Of a stretch of 64,000 nucleotides of DNA, positions 22,964 to 35,361 are shown piece by piece (within the stretch, counting starts at the first letter, position 1; each line of letters opens with the position of its first letter). The position numbers and the translations under genes were made by a program. The DNA is from Mobula hypostoma (Eukaryota). Under the pieces are notes generated by a model. It saw only the letters and a list, made by a program, of their open reading frames with translations. It was not told the DNA's origin and ran no database searches. The DNA is taken from assembly GCF_963921235.1 (NCBI RefSeq), contig NC_086097.1, positions 229,898,001-229,962,000 of the forward strand. The letters are read 5' to 3'.

Positions 22964-23591
22964 TACTTTTTCCGATAGTTAAGGAGAGCTACAGCAAATT
23001 CAGTTTATTTTATTAATCTGTTCAATTTGAAGTCAGTAAGTACATTGCTACTTGTTAGCAATGAAGCCTAAAGGGCTCCCTTGTAATTGGCAATGATCCA
23101 GCCATATTAAATATTTGTATCTGCCTCACTTCCAAATTATTTGTATGTTGAATAAATAACTATCTTGAAAACCTACCTCAGTGTAACTAATTTTGACTTG
23201 CTCATGCATTTTTAACATACTTAAAATAAAGGTTGTCATCTACGGGAAGTAACAGTGCAGTTTCAATGGGAACAATGGCATTTGCTGCAGATTGTGTATC
23301 ACTGAGGAGACATTAACCCGAATCTGTCTAAGCAGATAACGCGATGTAAGATGCGGCAGGTAATAGAGACGGAGTGTGCAAGGAAGAAGAGTTGGATAGA
23401 GAGAGAGAAAACGAAGAGGCAGAAGTACAAATCCAGGAAAGCACTAGTAGGTGCAGAATTCATCTATGTGGTGTTCATTGTTGATTCCAATACAGTCACA
23501 GCAAGAAGCCCAGCCAACAGAGAAGGCTTGCATGGTGGAAAGGTGCAGGTTAGAGAACTCATAGATCAGTCATCAATGCAGAAATCCAGAG

Positions 23592-23882
23592 TCACACACA
23601 CAAAAAAATGCTGGAGGAACTCGGCAGGTCAGGCAGCATCTACGGAGTGGAGTAAAGAGTCGACTTTTCAGGCCGACACCCTAGTTGACGTTTCGGGCCA
23701 AGGCCCTTCATCAGAACTGATGACAAACACAAGAGATTCTGCAGATGGTGGAAATCCAGATACCGCACACAGAAAATGATGGAGGAACACACATAAAAGT
23801 TGCCGGTGAACGCAGCAGGCCAGGCAGCATCTCTAGGAAGAGGTACAGTCGACATTTTGGGCCGAGACCCTTCGTCAAGACA
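23592..23882 (-). mobile_element. cluster of tandem Penelope terminal fragments
   Basis: Repeated atgctggaggaactc..gcagcatc..gtcgac..ttcgggcc modules. Confidence 0.8.
23683..23718 (-). ncRNA. minimal type-I hammerhead ribozyme, intact core
   Basis: Minus strand AGTT CTGATGA A GGGCC TT GGCCC GAAA CG TC AACT: stem I AGTT/AACT, stem II GGGCC/GGCCC, GUC cleavage triplet. Confidence 0.75.
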
Positions 23883-24279
23883 GATAAAAATAGCAGTTGT
23901 AAGTATAACAATTTCATGAAAAATGTGTAAATTTGAAATAAACTAGTTTGTACTATTAATAGAACTTCACACAACATCCCCCGTTGCAGCCCAAGCCACT
24001 CCATTCAGATTATTCTCAATACCTTTGGCCATAGTCTGAACAACATTCTCTACCCTTCAAAAGATACTAAAGAACTTGTCCAGATCACATGCTGTAGATG
24101 TATTATCAAAAAATGTTGCTATACAAGAACATTCACTCAGTCATGCATAAATTATACAATGGCCTTTGCAACAATTAACTGGAAACAAAATACATAATTT
24201 ATCAAGATTTTATCATCAGTGAGTATTTATACTTTGTATATTGAAGAAATGGCCTTCATAAACAAATGATAACTTACCT

Positions 24280-24720
24280 GTAGAGTCCTGGAACCACACA
24301 GCACAGAAACAGAGGCTTTGGCCCATCATATCCATGCCAATACATCCATACTATTCCTACTTCTAGTGATTGACCTACAGATCCTTTTATACCCTGGATT
24401 TTCAAGGAATCTTAGCCTGCACTCCTTCAGGTCATGTGTTCCAAATTTCATTGTGTGAAACAAAATCTTGTCAGATTTCCTCTAAACCTCCCGAACCTTA
24501 CCTTAAACCTATGCCCTCAGAGGTTTTTGGCATCTCTGCTATAGGGAAAAGTTTCTTACTACTCACCTTATCAATGCTCATCATAACTTTAAATACCTCG
24601 GTCAGATGCCACTCAGCCTCTTCCACTCCAAGACGAACAAACAGAATGTCTATTGAAACAATCTATCCCAGGCAGCATTCCAGTGAATCTCTCTTGCACC
24701 AGCTCTATTGTAATCATACC
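24280..24720 (-). mobile_element. old CR1 3' fragment
   Basis: ELVQERFTGMLPG remnant, with a CR1-type 3' UTR at 24280-24340. Confidence 0.6.
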
Positions 24721-24804
24721 CTTACTCTCATGTGCCAGACAACTGGGAAGGTGTGGCTCAAAGGGCCTGAGGCACCTACACCGTGTTGTATCACTAAAGA
24801 ATAC

Positions 24805-25508
24805 TTGGCAGGATACTTGGTGGTGTGGAGGAGCAGAGGGATCTGGGGGTACATGTCCACAGATCCCTGAAAGTTGACTCACAGGTAGATAGGGTAGTTA
24901 AGAAAGCTTATGGGGTGTTAGCTTTCATAAGTCAAGGGACAGAGTTTAAGAGTTGCGATGTAATGATGCAGCTCTATAAAATACTGGTTCGGCCACACTT
25001 GGAGTACAGTGTCCAGTTCTGGTCGCCTCACTATAGGAAGGATGTGGAAGCATTGGAAAGAGTACAGAGGAGATTTACTAGGATGCTGCCTGGTTTAGAG
25101 AGTATGGATTATGATCAGAGATTAAGGGAGCTAGGGCTTTACTCTTTGGAGAGAAGGAAGATGAAAGGAGACATGATAGAGGTGTACAAGGTATTAAGAG
25201 GAGTAGATAGAGTGGATAGCCAGCACCTCTTCCCCAGGGCACCACTGCTTAATACAAGAGGACATGGCTTTAAGGTAAGGGGTGGGAAGCTCAAGGGGGA
25301 TATTAGAGGAAGGTTTTTTACTTAGAGAGTGGTTGGTGCGTGGAATGCACTGCCTGAGTCAGTGGTGGAGGCAGATGCACTAGTGAAGTTTAAGAGACTA
25401 CTAGACAGATATATGGAGGAATTTAAGGTGGGGGTTATATGGGAGGCAGGGTTTGAGGGTTGGCACAACATTGTAATGTGCTGTACTATTCTATGTTCTA
25501 TGTTCTAA
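24805..25508 (+). mobile_element. CR1 3' fragment
   Basis: ORF 24825-25325 EQRDLGVHVH..LVRPHLEY..RGRFFT, followed by an (TTCTATG)n tail. Confidence 0.9.
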
Positions 25509-25859
25509 GATCTATAAACTCTTAACTGTGGTCTGAGCACAATATAGTTTCATAACCTCCCTCCTTATACTGTATACTATTCCCCCCCACCCCCAAAATA
25601 AAATTGAGGCCAGTATTTTGGCCTGCTTATCTATCTCTGCTGCTGCCTTCAGAGATTCTTGGATTTGTACACCTACATCCTTCAGATCAAAGTTGATTGG
25701 CACCCTAACCCTATGTACGTTGACTCTGGAAGCTTTTATACCTTGAAGTAATAAAATAAACGGTCTTAAATTTGAATTATTTAATTGTCTAGATTCATTG
25801 ACTGCAGATAATTAAACACTTCAATAACTACCTGGAGGAGGAGTTCGTAGATCCCACCA

Positions 25860-26352
25860 CCTTCACATCAAGAAATGATTTCAGACTTCACCTTCGACAT
25901 TATTGCAATGCACTTCTTACAAAGCAATCTAATGACAAACTTAAACTCATTCAGAATGCCATTGCTAGACTTTTAACTAAAACCAAGGTGACGGAACATA
26001 TCACTCCTGTTCTAACTACTCTGCGTGATCTTCCTGTATCTTTTAGAATTGATTTTAAAGTTCTTACTTGTTTTTAAACCTCTTAGTGGTCTGGGACTGG
26101 AGTACATCACAGAAACACTTTTGTTTTATAATCCTGCTCGAGCTCTCAGGCCCTCTTCTGCCAATCTCTTAAATTTAAACTATCTCCCTCAAAAGATCAT
26201 TGGCAAGTCAGCTTTTTACACTAACAAACTGTGGAACTCAATATCTAAAACTATAAAATACTTAGCTCAAAACCTAATTATTTGACCTTGCTTTTAACTA
26301 CCATCTCTATAATAGGTGCTCTATAAATAAGTTATTATTAATATTATTATTA
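25860..26352 (+). mobile_element. L2-clade LINE 3' remnant
   Basis: YCNALL..LKLIQNAIARLLTKTK..EHITPVL remnant; tail tataaataagttattatt. Confidence 0.7.
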
Positions 26353-26859
26353 AGTGGCCTGACACAAACGTATCGTTTTATTCCTGACTCCCCAATGAAT
26401 AACTCTTGATTGCCTTGAACATCTCTTAGTTAGATTGCCTGTAAAGTAGGTTCAGGGTGACACATGCCTAGTTTACATCTTTTCTCCTAAATTGTGGTTC
26501 TGAAGTCAACAAATCCTTTCCAAAAACTTGGAAAAAAGAGGCACAATAATTGATGAGTTGGCTTAATCACTTTTACTTGAAACGGTGGAACTTCCAACAC
26601 CTAAATGGGGTGTTTAGGGCTGTGGAGTTTTTTGTTGGTCATGATAAATGTTCAGAGATGTATGCATTTTTGTCTCTCTTTTTATATAGATTGAATGGCC
26701 AAGGCACCAAATTCCTACCTCTCAATGGTCTGGGACTGGAGTACGTCGCAGAATTGTTATTGTTTTATAATCTGGATCCAGCTCCAGGTCTCCTTCCACT
26801 GGTCTTTTAAATTTAAACTATCTCCCTCAAAAGATCATTTATTTTGTTAGGGTGGAACA

Positions 26860-27120
26860 ATGGCACAGCTAGCAGAACAGTGCCAGTGACCTGGGTTCAA
26901 TGTTGACTTCAGGATTGTGTGGGGTTTGCTCATTCTCCACAAGTTTCTTTCTCGTGCTCTGATTCCCCCCCCCCCGAGGTTGATTGGAAGCTTAATTGTC
27001 CACTATAAATGATCTCTTTTAAAGGTGAGTGGCAGAATGAGAATATCTGAAGAATAAAAAACAGGATTAATATGTTATTAGTTTAAATGGCGGGTTGGTG
27101 GTTAATTTCCATGCTGTATC
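26860..27120 (+). mobile_element. decayed tRNA-derived SINE (V-SINE-like)
   Basis: tggcacagcta.. A-box-like, gacctgggttcaat B-box-like, and a gtgtggggtttgctcattctcc core. Confidence 0.5.
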
Positions 27121-27779
27121 ACTCAATGACTTTAGAGTTGTCCCTAGCTCACTTGGGGACTGGTTCCAAAGGTTCTTCTCCATTTTACTGCTGATAAGTA
27201 ATTTTCTTAATAAAACTCACACAAACGCTCCAAGCTTTCCATTTAAAGGAGCAAATACTAGTTTTGATCAGCAGCAAAACATCTTGTCTTAAACCAAACC
27301 TCTGCCTTGGGAGGCTCATTCTACCCACAATGTTCAGAACTAAAACTGTTCTGAAATGTCAGTTAGTAATTTCTTCTTCAACGACATACAATATCAGGGT
27401 GCCCAAGCGAAGGCAAAAACTTTATAAACATTTTATTTGACAGGAATTCTCTGTTCTTCAGACCCACAACATTGATCCAAATCACATCTACCTCTAGCTA
27501 GCAGTTCTGTAGTGAACCATCAGCTATCTCCCATTCTCTGTGCCTGCAGTTCCAAGTGGGAGCTCAGATGCCTGTGTACCTGACCTCCCACTCCACTGGT
27601 TGACCCACCCTTGAGCTCAGCTGTGGAGAGCTGACTTACTGAGCAGAGCAAGCAGATGCAAAGTGTTTCTGTCCCTTCCATTATACCCCAGGGATGATGA
27701 CATAAAAAGTGTGAGCCCATTCATTTGAATGAGATGTGTTGGATTAGGGTCTAAGTTGTTGTTTTTCTTGTTAAACTTT

Positions 27780-29890
27780 CATAGAACAGTACGAAACAGG
27801 AACAGACCATTTGGCCCACAATGTAATGCCAAACTAATTAATTTAGTAATCAAGTGGCCAACTAAACTAATTCCTTCTGCCTACACAATGTCCATATCTT
27901 AACATTTTCTTCACATTCATGTGCTGCCCTAAATATCTCTTAAAGATCCCTAATGTATCTACCTCTACCACCACCCAAGGCAGAGCATTCTAGGCATCCG
28001 TCACTCTGCATGAAAATCTTGTCCTTTGAAATTACTCCCTCTCATCTTAAATGCATGCCCTCCGGTATCAAACATTTCAACCCTGGGTGAAAGAAACTGT
28101 CTGAGTACTCTTATCTATTACTTATTATTACTATCAATTTGTAATCCAGGGAGCAGGAAGCACAGAATCAAATATTGCTATGGTGATTGTACATGCTAGT
28201 GTGAATTGTTTGGTGACAATAAAGTATAAAGTATCTCTGTCAAGTCAAGTCAAATTTATTTATAAAGCACATTTAAAAACAACCCATGTTGATCAAAGTG
28301 CTATACAAACCATAACAGGTAGCTAATATCACAAATACAAGAAACACAGATATGAACAACAAGGCACACAGTTTATAGGCACAAAATAAACAACGCATGA
28401 GCCTGGGCACAAGCCAAAAATCAGCCACATCAGGAAGATTCAAATGCTAGTGAATAAAGGTAAGTTTTGAACCTGGACTTAAAAGAGTCAAGGGATGGGT
28501 CAGATCTGATAGGGAGGGGAATGCTGTTTCACAGTCTAGGGGCTACAACAGCAAAGGCATGGTCACTCCTGAACTTAAATTTGGATCGCGGGACAGCCAG
28601 GAGCCCCAAGTCAGCCGACCTCATAATCCTATTAACCTTTATCAAATGTCCCCTCAGCCTCTACCACTCCATAGAAAACAACCCAAGTTTGTCTAACCTC
28701 CCGTTATAGCACATAACCTCTAATCCAGGCAGCATACTGGTAAACCTCTTCTGCATCCTCTCCGAAGGCTCAATGTCCTTCCAAAACTGGGGTGACCAGA
28801 ACTGTATGCAATACTCCAGAGGCAACCTAACTAGAGTTTTATAAAGCTGCAACATAATTTCCTGACTTTTGAACTCAATGCCTCGAGTAATAAAGGCAAG
28901 CATGGGTCTTCCCATAACAGTGTACTGTCTCTTTACATTTGACCTATCGAGGAGCAACACTTCATGTTTGGCTGGATTAAACTCCATCTGCCGTTTCTCC
29001 ACCCGTATCAGCCATGATGAATGGGGGAGCAGATTCAATAGGCCAAATGGCCTACTTCTGCTCCTCTTTGCCAGTCTTCGTCACTATCTACAACACCATC
29101 AACCTTCATATCATTTGCAAACTTTCTTACCCACCCATCTACATTTTCATCCAGGACATTTATATACATCACAAACAGTAGAAGTCCCAGTACGGATCTG
29201 TGCAGAACACCACTAGTAACAGAATTCCAGTTAGAATAATTCCCTTTGACCACTTCCCTCCGTCTTCTATAGGCATGCCAGCTCTGAATCCAAACATCCA
29301 ATTCACCTTGGGTCACGTGTGTCTTAATCTTCTAGAAGAGCCTCCCATGAGAGAACTTGTCAAACACCTTACTAAAATCCATATAGACAATATCCACACT
29401 TCTCCCTTGATCATTTACCTTCATCACCTCATCAGAAAACTCTATCATGTTATTAAAACACAATTTGTAAGTACAAAGCCTTGCTGGCTCTCCCTAATTA
29501 AGCCATGGTTACCCAAATGCTTATAAATCGTATCCCTAAGAATTCTCTCCAGCAACTTGCCTATGATTGACGTGAGACTCCACCGGTCTATAGTTTTCAG
29601 GATTATCCCTAGTTCCGTTCTTGAATAATGGAACAAGACTAGCTACACGCCAGTCCTCCAGGTTCTTTCCTTTAGCTAGAAAAGACATGAAGATGTTGGT
29701 CAAGGCCCCAGCAATCTCATCCCTTGTTCCTGTCAATAACCAGGGGTATATCCCATCAGACCCTAAGGATTTACCCACTTTAAGAGACCCAACACTACTT
29801 CCTCCTTTACCTCGAAATGCCCTGGCATATCAATATGCTCAGCACTGATCTGCCTACCATCCACGTCCTTCTCCTTGATAAATGCTGACG
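27780..29890 (-). mobile_element. decayed CR1 with nested Rex1 3' UTR (~28120-28233, +) and L2 fragment (~28240-28620, -)
   Basis: CR1 ORFs 28661-29038, 29035-29316 and 29536-29778. 28140-28233 is the reverse complement of 16970-17065. The L2-type tail caagtcaagtcaaatttatttataaagcac is present. Confidence 0.75.
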
Positions 29891-29983
29891 TAAGGGACAC
29901 ATTTCTGCTTGTTTAAATGTTGTTATAATTAGCTGTTTGCCTGTAGTGAATTTTTAGTCACGTGTACTATAGCTGGTTCTGTA

Positions 29984-30618
29984 TGTAGGGTTCTCAGTAA
30001 TATCAACTGGAATGTTAACTGCTAACTGCTAATTATAAAATGGCTTCTCTGAAGTGTTATAATGAAATGACTTCCTTGTAATGTTAACTATGAGGTAATG
30101 TTCTCTGGAGCTGAAGTGTTTTGAGTTATAGTTATAGATAACAGAGGAAATAACCAATGGAAGCTATGTTATGCTACCTTGTATATGTGTGCTGAGCTGG
30201 GGTTCGTGGGCTTTTTCGGGAGCCGAGCGGAGAGGACGGACGTGTGGGGAATGGACAGCGGTTCCAGGGTGGCAGATAACCGTGCCTTGGTGGTTCGGAT
30301 GGTGGCCAAAGTCTCGGAAGGATGTTGTGGATAGAATCGGACGGATGAGCTCCAACATATTAAAATATTATGTGCACAAGACTGATAGACTTACTTATGT
30401 GGCGCCTTTTCTTTTAGCTGTTTCTACTAACTCATCACTAAGAATTACTATAAAGTATATTCCTTTACTCGCACATTGTATATTGTTTGATATTTGTGTC
30501 ACAGCTGATATTTGGGGTGCCTCACACCGTATCCGCACCAATGCGTTTGCACTGTTTGGCGGGGTTGATAGCGATTCACCCTAGGCAATGGGAGTCAGTT
30601 GGGGTTGCAGACGTTACA
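29984..30618 (+). repeat. 5' LTR
   Basis: tgtagggttctc..gacgttaca, aligning end to end with 35362-35994. Confidence 0.95.
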
Positions 30619-30621
30619 TTG

Positions 30622-30644
30622 TGGGGGCTCGTCCGGGATTTGAA
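30622..30644 (+). other. primer-binding site complementary to tRNA-Pro
   Basis: TGGGGGCTCGTCCGGGAT(TTGAA), the classic tRNA-Pro PBS, 3 nt after the LTR. Confidence 0.93.
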
Positions 30645-30688
30645 TTCTGTCGGATACGGTGTAATTCGCCCTGTTTAAATTAGAAGAG

Positions 30689-31960
30689 ATGGACGCGGAT
30701 AAGATTGAACTTCGGTGTGAGATCAAGGATGTACAAGTTATTAAATGGGGTGGATATACATACCTCAGACGATGTGTTAATTCAGTATTTGCGTACCGTC
30801 AGAGCTATCGGTAAGGTTGAAATTGTAAGCAGAAAGGTTGGTAAAATGGGAGACTCAGCATTTGTGCTGGTACAGACCAGTGTTGACATCAAGGAGGTGG
30901 GACTGCCACCGTGTATCGGTGACCTCAGTGAGGTGGGGCCATGGGGCATGCACACTGTCACGGAGGAAAGGTCTGATGGGACACCAGAGGAGTTGCCCGA
31001 AGCTAGGGGCGGAGATTTTAGAGAGCGGGTCCAATCATCTTTGAAGGATGAAAGAAGGGAGTGGTCAGATTTGGAGAATGTAGTTGGTTCTCATTCCCCA
31101 CGGAAGGGGGAGGGCTCTGAGTTGGCCTCAGCCATTAACTCCCTGGTGAACAGGGCGTTGGGTCCGCCACAGAAGTTAAGAATTTTCTCAGGGAGGGTAC
31201 CCAACCCCGAAGGGGAGGATGATTATGAGACCTGGATAGAACATACCTCTCAGTTGCTAGGTGAGTGGCAGTGTTCTGAGGAGGAGAAGCGGCAAAGATT
31301 GGGGGACAGTTTGAGAGGGGTGTCAGCTGAGGTCGTAAAAGGCGTGAAAGTTAACCAGCCCCTAGCTTCTTGGAGGGAGTGTCTAGAAGCATTAGAGGAA
31401 GCTTTTGGGCTGACGGGGGGCATGGTGGAGCTTTTAGGGGGATTCAAAATCTGCGTCAGGAGAAAGGGGAAAAGCTTTCTGAGTATCTTTTCTGGCTAGA
31501 GCGAAGGCTAAATTGCTTGAAGTGCCGGGGGTTCATTTTGGGGGATGAGGTGGATCGGATAAGGATCGACCAGGTAGTCAGGGGCACACAGGGACATGAT
31601 GCGATCGCTACGAGCCTCCAGCAGTCCCGTAGAATGCGTCTCCCCCCGTCTTTTGTTCAGTTGCTCAGAGAGGGCAGGGAGGAGGAGAACGCATTGGAAG
31701 TGGAAGAGGCCGCGTTAGTACGGTGCAGTCCTCAGTAGTAGCTCCTTGTGGTGAAATGACCGGGGCCAGCTCCACGCGGGAGACACATAAGGGGGTCGCG
31801 GCAGGTGGGGTCCCTCTTGGAGAGGTCTAGTAGAGAAGGCCCCCCCCCCCAGGGCGGGATGGACAGCAATAAGGCCAGGCGGAGGCCGGGGTCCCGCGAG
31901 ACAAGGCGTGCGGTATAACTGCGGGGAAGAGGGGCACTTCAGTCGGGAATGTGAATGGCA
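30689..31960 (+). pseudogene. PNMA-like gag remnant (frameshifted)
   Basis: KLRIFSGRVPNPEGEDDYETW..EKRQRL..SLRG, then RQEKGEKLSEYLFWLE. Degenerate knuckle RYNCGEEGHFSREC at ~31910-31952. Confidence 0.85.
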
Positions 31961-32119
31961 AGGAGCCCCTCGGAGGGAGAGCCCACGACTGCCCCAGCAG
32001 GAAGCGGGGTTGGGGAACTTAGAGGAGACTCGGTGAGGGAATGGACTAGAATCTCTGGGAAAATACGTTCCCAACGATGTGCCGCAGGGCCCTCAAGAGG
32101 AAAAGTCCCTATCCCAGAA

Positions 32120-33000
32120 GGATTGGTGGGACCCTGACCCAGCGTGTCGATACGGATCGAGGGGATAGATGCAAAAGCCATACTCGACACCGGGTCACAG
32201 GTCACCTTACTGTACAGTTCATTCTACAATCAGTATCTGGTGCAATTACCCCTGACACCTTTCAGTGCACTGGAGATTTGGGGCATCAGTGATGGTGATT
32301 CCCCATATGATGGCTATTTGTCTGTAACATTGGAGTACCTGGAAGCTGAGGCTCATGAGGCCCTGGTACTGGTTTGTCCAGACCCAGGTGAGACTGGAGG
32401 TGTGTCATTTCTGGTGGGGACCAACACCTCTATTGTGTGGAGACTTCTGGGAGCCTGTAAGGAGAAGGCGGGTGAAGACTTTTTGGAGACCCTGTCAGTG
32501 CACCCAGTGTTCCGAGCTGCTTTTGAGGAAGCATGGGGTCGCCCTGGGCTGGACGCGGCGTGTGAACGAGGCACTGTGTGGTGTGCCCAGTCGAAGCCCA
32601 GGGTGGTACGGCCGGGTGAAGTACCGAGAGTGATGGGGATCCCTAGATTCCTGGGAGTGCCTGAGGGTGAAGCCCTTTTAGTGGACTCCGCGGAAGATCT
32701 TGAAGGGGAGTTGAGATTCCCGGTTGAGGTGCTGGTGAGACCCGAGTTGCAGAAGCCCTCGGTGGGACAGGCACGCAGGCTGCTGGTGATCGTCAGGAAC
32801 ACTACTGCACAGGAGGTCACCTTTAAACGAGGGATGCCTCTGGCACATTTGTTCTCAGTGACTGTGATGCATAGCGCCCCCGTGAGGCCAGTTGGGGGAG
32901 AGCTATTGGAAAAAAGGCCTAAGTTGACCGCTGAAGCTTTTAACTTTAGGGCATCACCTGTGCCGGAGGGTTGGAAGCGGAGGCTGGTGGAGAAGATGTT
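32120..33000 (+). pseudogene. retroviral-type aspartic protease and downstream pol N-terminal region
   Basis: IRIEGIDAKAILDTGSQVT active-site motif, then FLVGTN. Confidence 0.88.
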
Positions 33001-33001
33001 G

Positions 33002-33686
33002 ATGATGACAGATATGCAATCGGCAATTGGCACTGATCTGCGCTGACATATACGTGCCAGGCAGCACCTAATTAATTAGCATGTTTATTTCGGCTTTTTT
33101 CTTAAAGATGTGCTGTGTGCCTCCTGGCTACCGCTACGTTCTTTGCGGCAATGTATCGGTCGGCAGCCCGGAAGGTAGGGGCCACTGCACCACCCCAGCC
33201 TGCGACGACTCAGTCTAACACACCATCATCAGTGTGCTCAGCGCTGTCCCGATTCCCGTACGTGATACTACACTGTACATACATTATTTCTACTTTATAT
33301 CGGCTGTGTATTTTTACGTGTTATTTGGTAGATTTGGCAGCTTCATAGTTTAAAGGTTACTGTAGAGCGCTTGCGCCGTGTTTTTGCCAACAGCGCTTGC
33401 GTGAGATTTTCGCTGCGGAGATCTGTGCAGGCAATTGTTGTAGTGAAGTATTTCTACTTTATATAGGCTGTGTATTTATCATATCATTCCTGCTTTTACT
33501 ATATGTTACCGTTATTTTAGGTTTTATGTGTTATTTGGCATGATTTGGTAGGTTATTTTTGGGTCTGTGAACGCTCACAAAATTTTCCCATATAAATAAA
33601 TGGTAATTGCTTCTTCGCTTTACGACATTCCGGCTTACAAACCGTTTCATAGGAACGCTGTACCTTCGGATGGCGGGGGAAACCTG
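33002..33686. mobile_element. one-ended pogo/Tigger-like non-autonomous DNA element inside the Gypsy pol
   Basis: Non-coding. Ends ..ggcgggggaaacctg followed by TA (33687-33688), where the integrase frame resumes (LYWV..WQLVLPDKYR). Confidence 0.6.
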
Positions 33687-34750
33687 TACTGGGTAACATC
33701 ACTCCCAGACCGACCTCGGTGTTGGCAGCTGGTCCTGCCTGATAAGTATCGGATTGTTGTGTTGAAGTCACTCCATGATGACTCTGGACACTTGGGGGTG
33801 GAAAAGACCTGTGGATTGCTCAAGCATCGGTTTTACTGGCCCTGAATGAGGATGGAGGTCGAAGAGTACTGCAAGTCCTGCATTGGTTGCATACGGCGGA
33901 AGACGCTGCCCAGCAGGCTGCCCCTTTGTCCCACTTGCAGAGTGCGGGGCCTTTGGACCTGGTGTATATGGATTTCCTGGCCATAGAACCCAATGCCAGC
34001 AACACGACGAATGTCTTGGTCATTACGGACCACTACACCAGGTACGCTCAAGCTTTTCCTACCAAGGATCAGAGGGGGCCTACAGTGGCGTAAGTGCTAT
34101 GGGAGAAGTACTTTGTGCATTATGGCCTTCCTCGGCAGATACATAATGACCAGGGACGGGACTTTGAGAGTAAGCTCATCTATGAGTTACTGGGCATGCT
34201 GGGGTTTGAGAGATCGAGGACCACGCCCTATCATCCGCAGGGCGATCCCCAGCTGGAGAGGGACTCTGGAAATCAGCAAAAAGAACCGTTGGAGTCGACA
34301 TATTGGGCATCTGGTTCACTGTTACAACTGTACATTCAACGAAGCTACTGGATACTCGCCCTATTATCTTATGTTTGGGCACAAGGCAAGGTTGCCCATT
34401 GACCTTTGTTTCGGGACTGATGCGGGTGAGGTGTCACCGAAGCCTCGCCTGAAGTATGTGTCTGATATGGGGAAAGAGCTGAAAAGAGCTTATGAATTGG
34501 TTGGGGAGGTGGCCACCAGGCAGAATCGAAGAAATAAGAGAAGGTATGACCAGAAAGTAAAGTTCTCTCAATTCCTACCAGGAGACTGAGTCCTCATAAG
34601 GAATCTAGGATTACCTGGAAAGTACAAGTTGGCCGAAGCTGGGCAGCCACGCCCCATGTGATGGAGAGTCAGATGCCAAACCTACCGGTTTTCCGGGTGC
34701 GGCCCAAGGATGGAAAGGGGCCTATCAAGATTCTCCATCGGAATCACCCC
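33687..34750 (+). pseudogene. Gypsy integrase remnant
   Basis: HHCC LHDDSGHLG..FYWP*M..YCKSCIGC. Core MDFL..ITDHYTRYAQAFPT..IHNDQGRDFES..TTPYHPQGDPQLER. Contains stops and frameshifts. Confidence 0.92.
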
Positions 34751-35348
34751 TGGGGCAAGATGTGCAGGTAGAGCTGCACTCAATACCAGGACTCTGCGTC
34801 CCCACAGGGTGGAGGACATGCCTACCCCGGGAGAGATGGGCCCAGACCCAGCCCCTGTGAGGGAGACTGATTCGGAGAATGATGACTGGGATGGTTAGTA
34901 CATTCTGCCATTCACTGATGCTCCCGTGATGGAGGAAGAGACTCCTGGCCTTTCCCCCACTGGGTTAGATGGCGTAGGGGGGCTCGTGATGGGCAGACCG
35001 TGGTACCGCAGGGCACTGAAGGAGAGGATGTAGGGCCTGAACCAGAGATAGAGGGCTCTGAGGTGCAGAGGGGCTTGGGTGACCGCTCGGGGGAGGGTTT
35101 GCCTCGTAGTTTCAAAGAGTCCCCTGTAGTGTCTGAGGCAGGAGAGTTAGAAGAGGGGGTACATAGGTCTCAGAGAAGTAGGAACCCCCCTCCCCAGAGA
35201 GGTTGGCCTATGTAGTACCCAGGGAACAGGGTGTGATCTCTGCTGTTTTGGGGAGCTATGTCACTGCTTTCTACATGTGGATTGGGCTGTGTGTTCTGCA
35301 GGAAGGGTTGGCGAATTATCTGAACATCATGAGGGCATGATTTAATTC

Positions 35349-35361
35349 GGTGGGGGGAGAA
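35349..35361 (+). other. polypurine tract
   Basis: ggtggggggagaa immediately before the 3' LTR. Confidence 0.85.

Noticed and set aside
23351..23779. 142-aa ORF with a basic N-terminus
   Set aside because: It runs into Penelope terminal repeats and has no recognisable domain or exon structure.
30171..30584. Paralogous ORFs at 30171-30584 and 35557-36021
   Set aside because: They are chance frames in the two LTR copies, with non-ATG or differing starts and frameshifts between them.
32353..33033. 226-aa antisense ORF
   Set aside because: Shadow of the Gypsy pol frame on the opposite strand.
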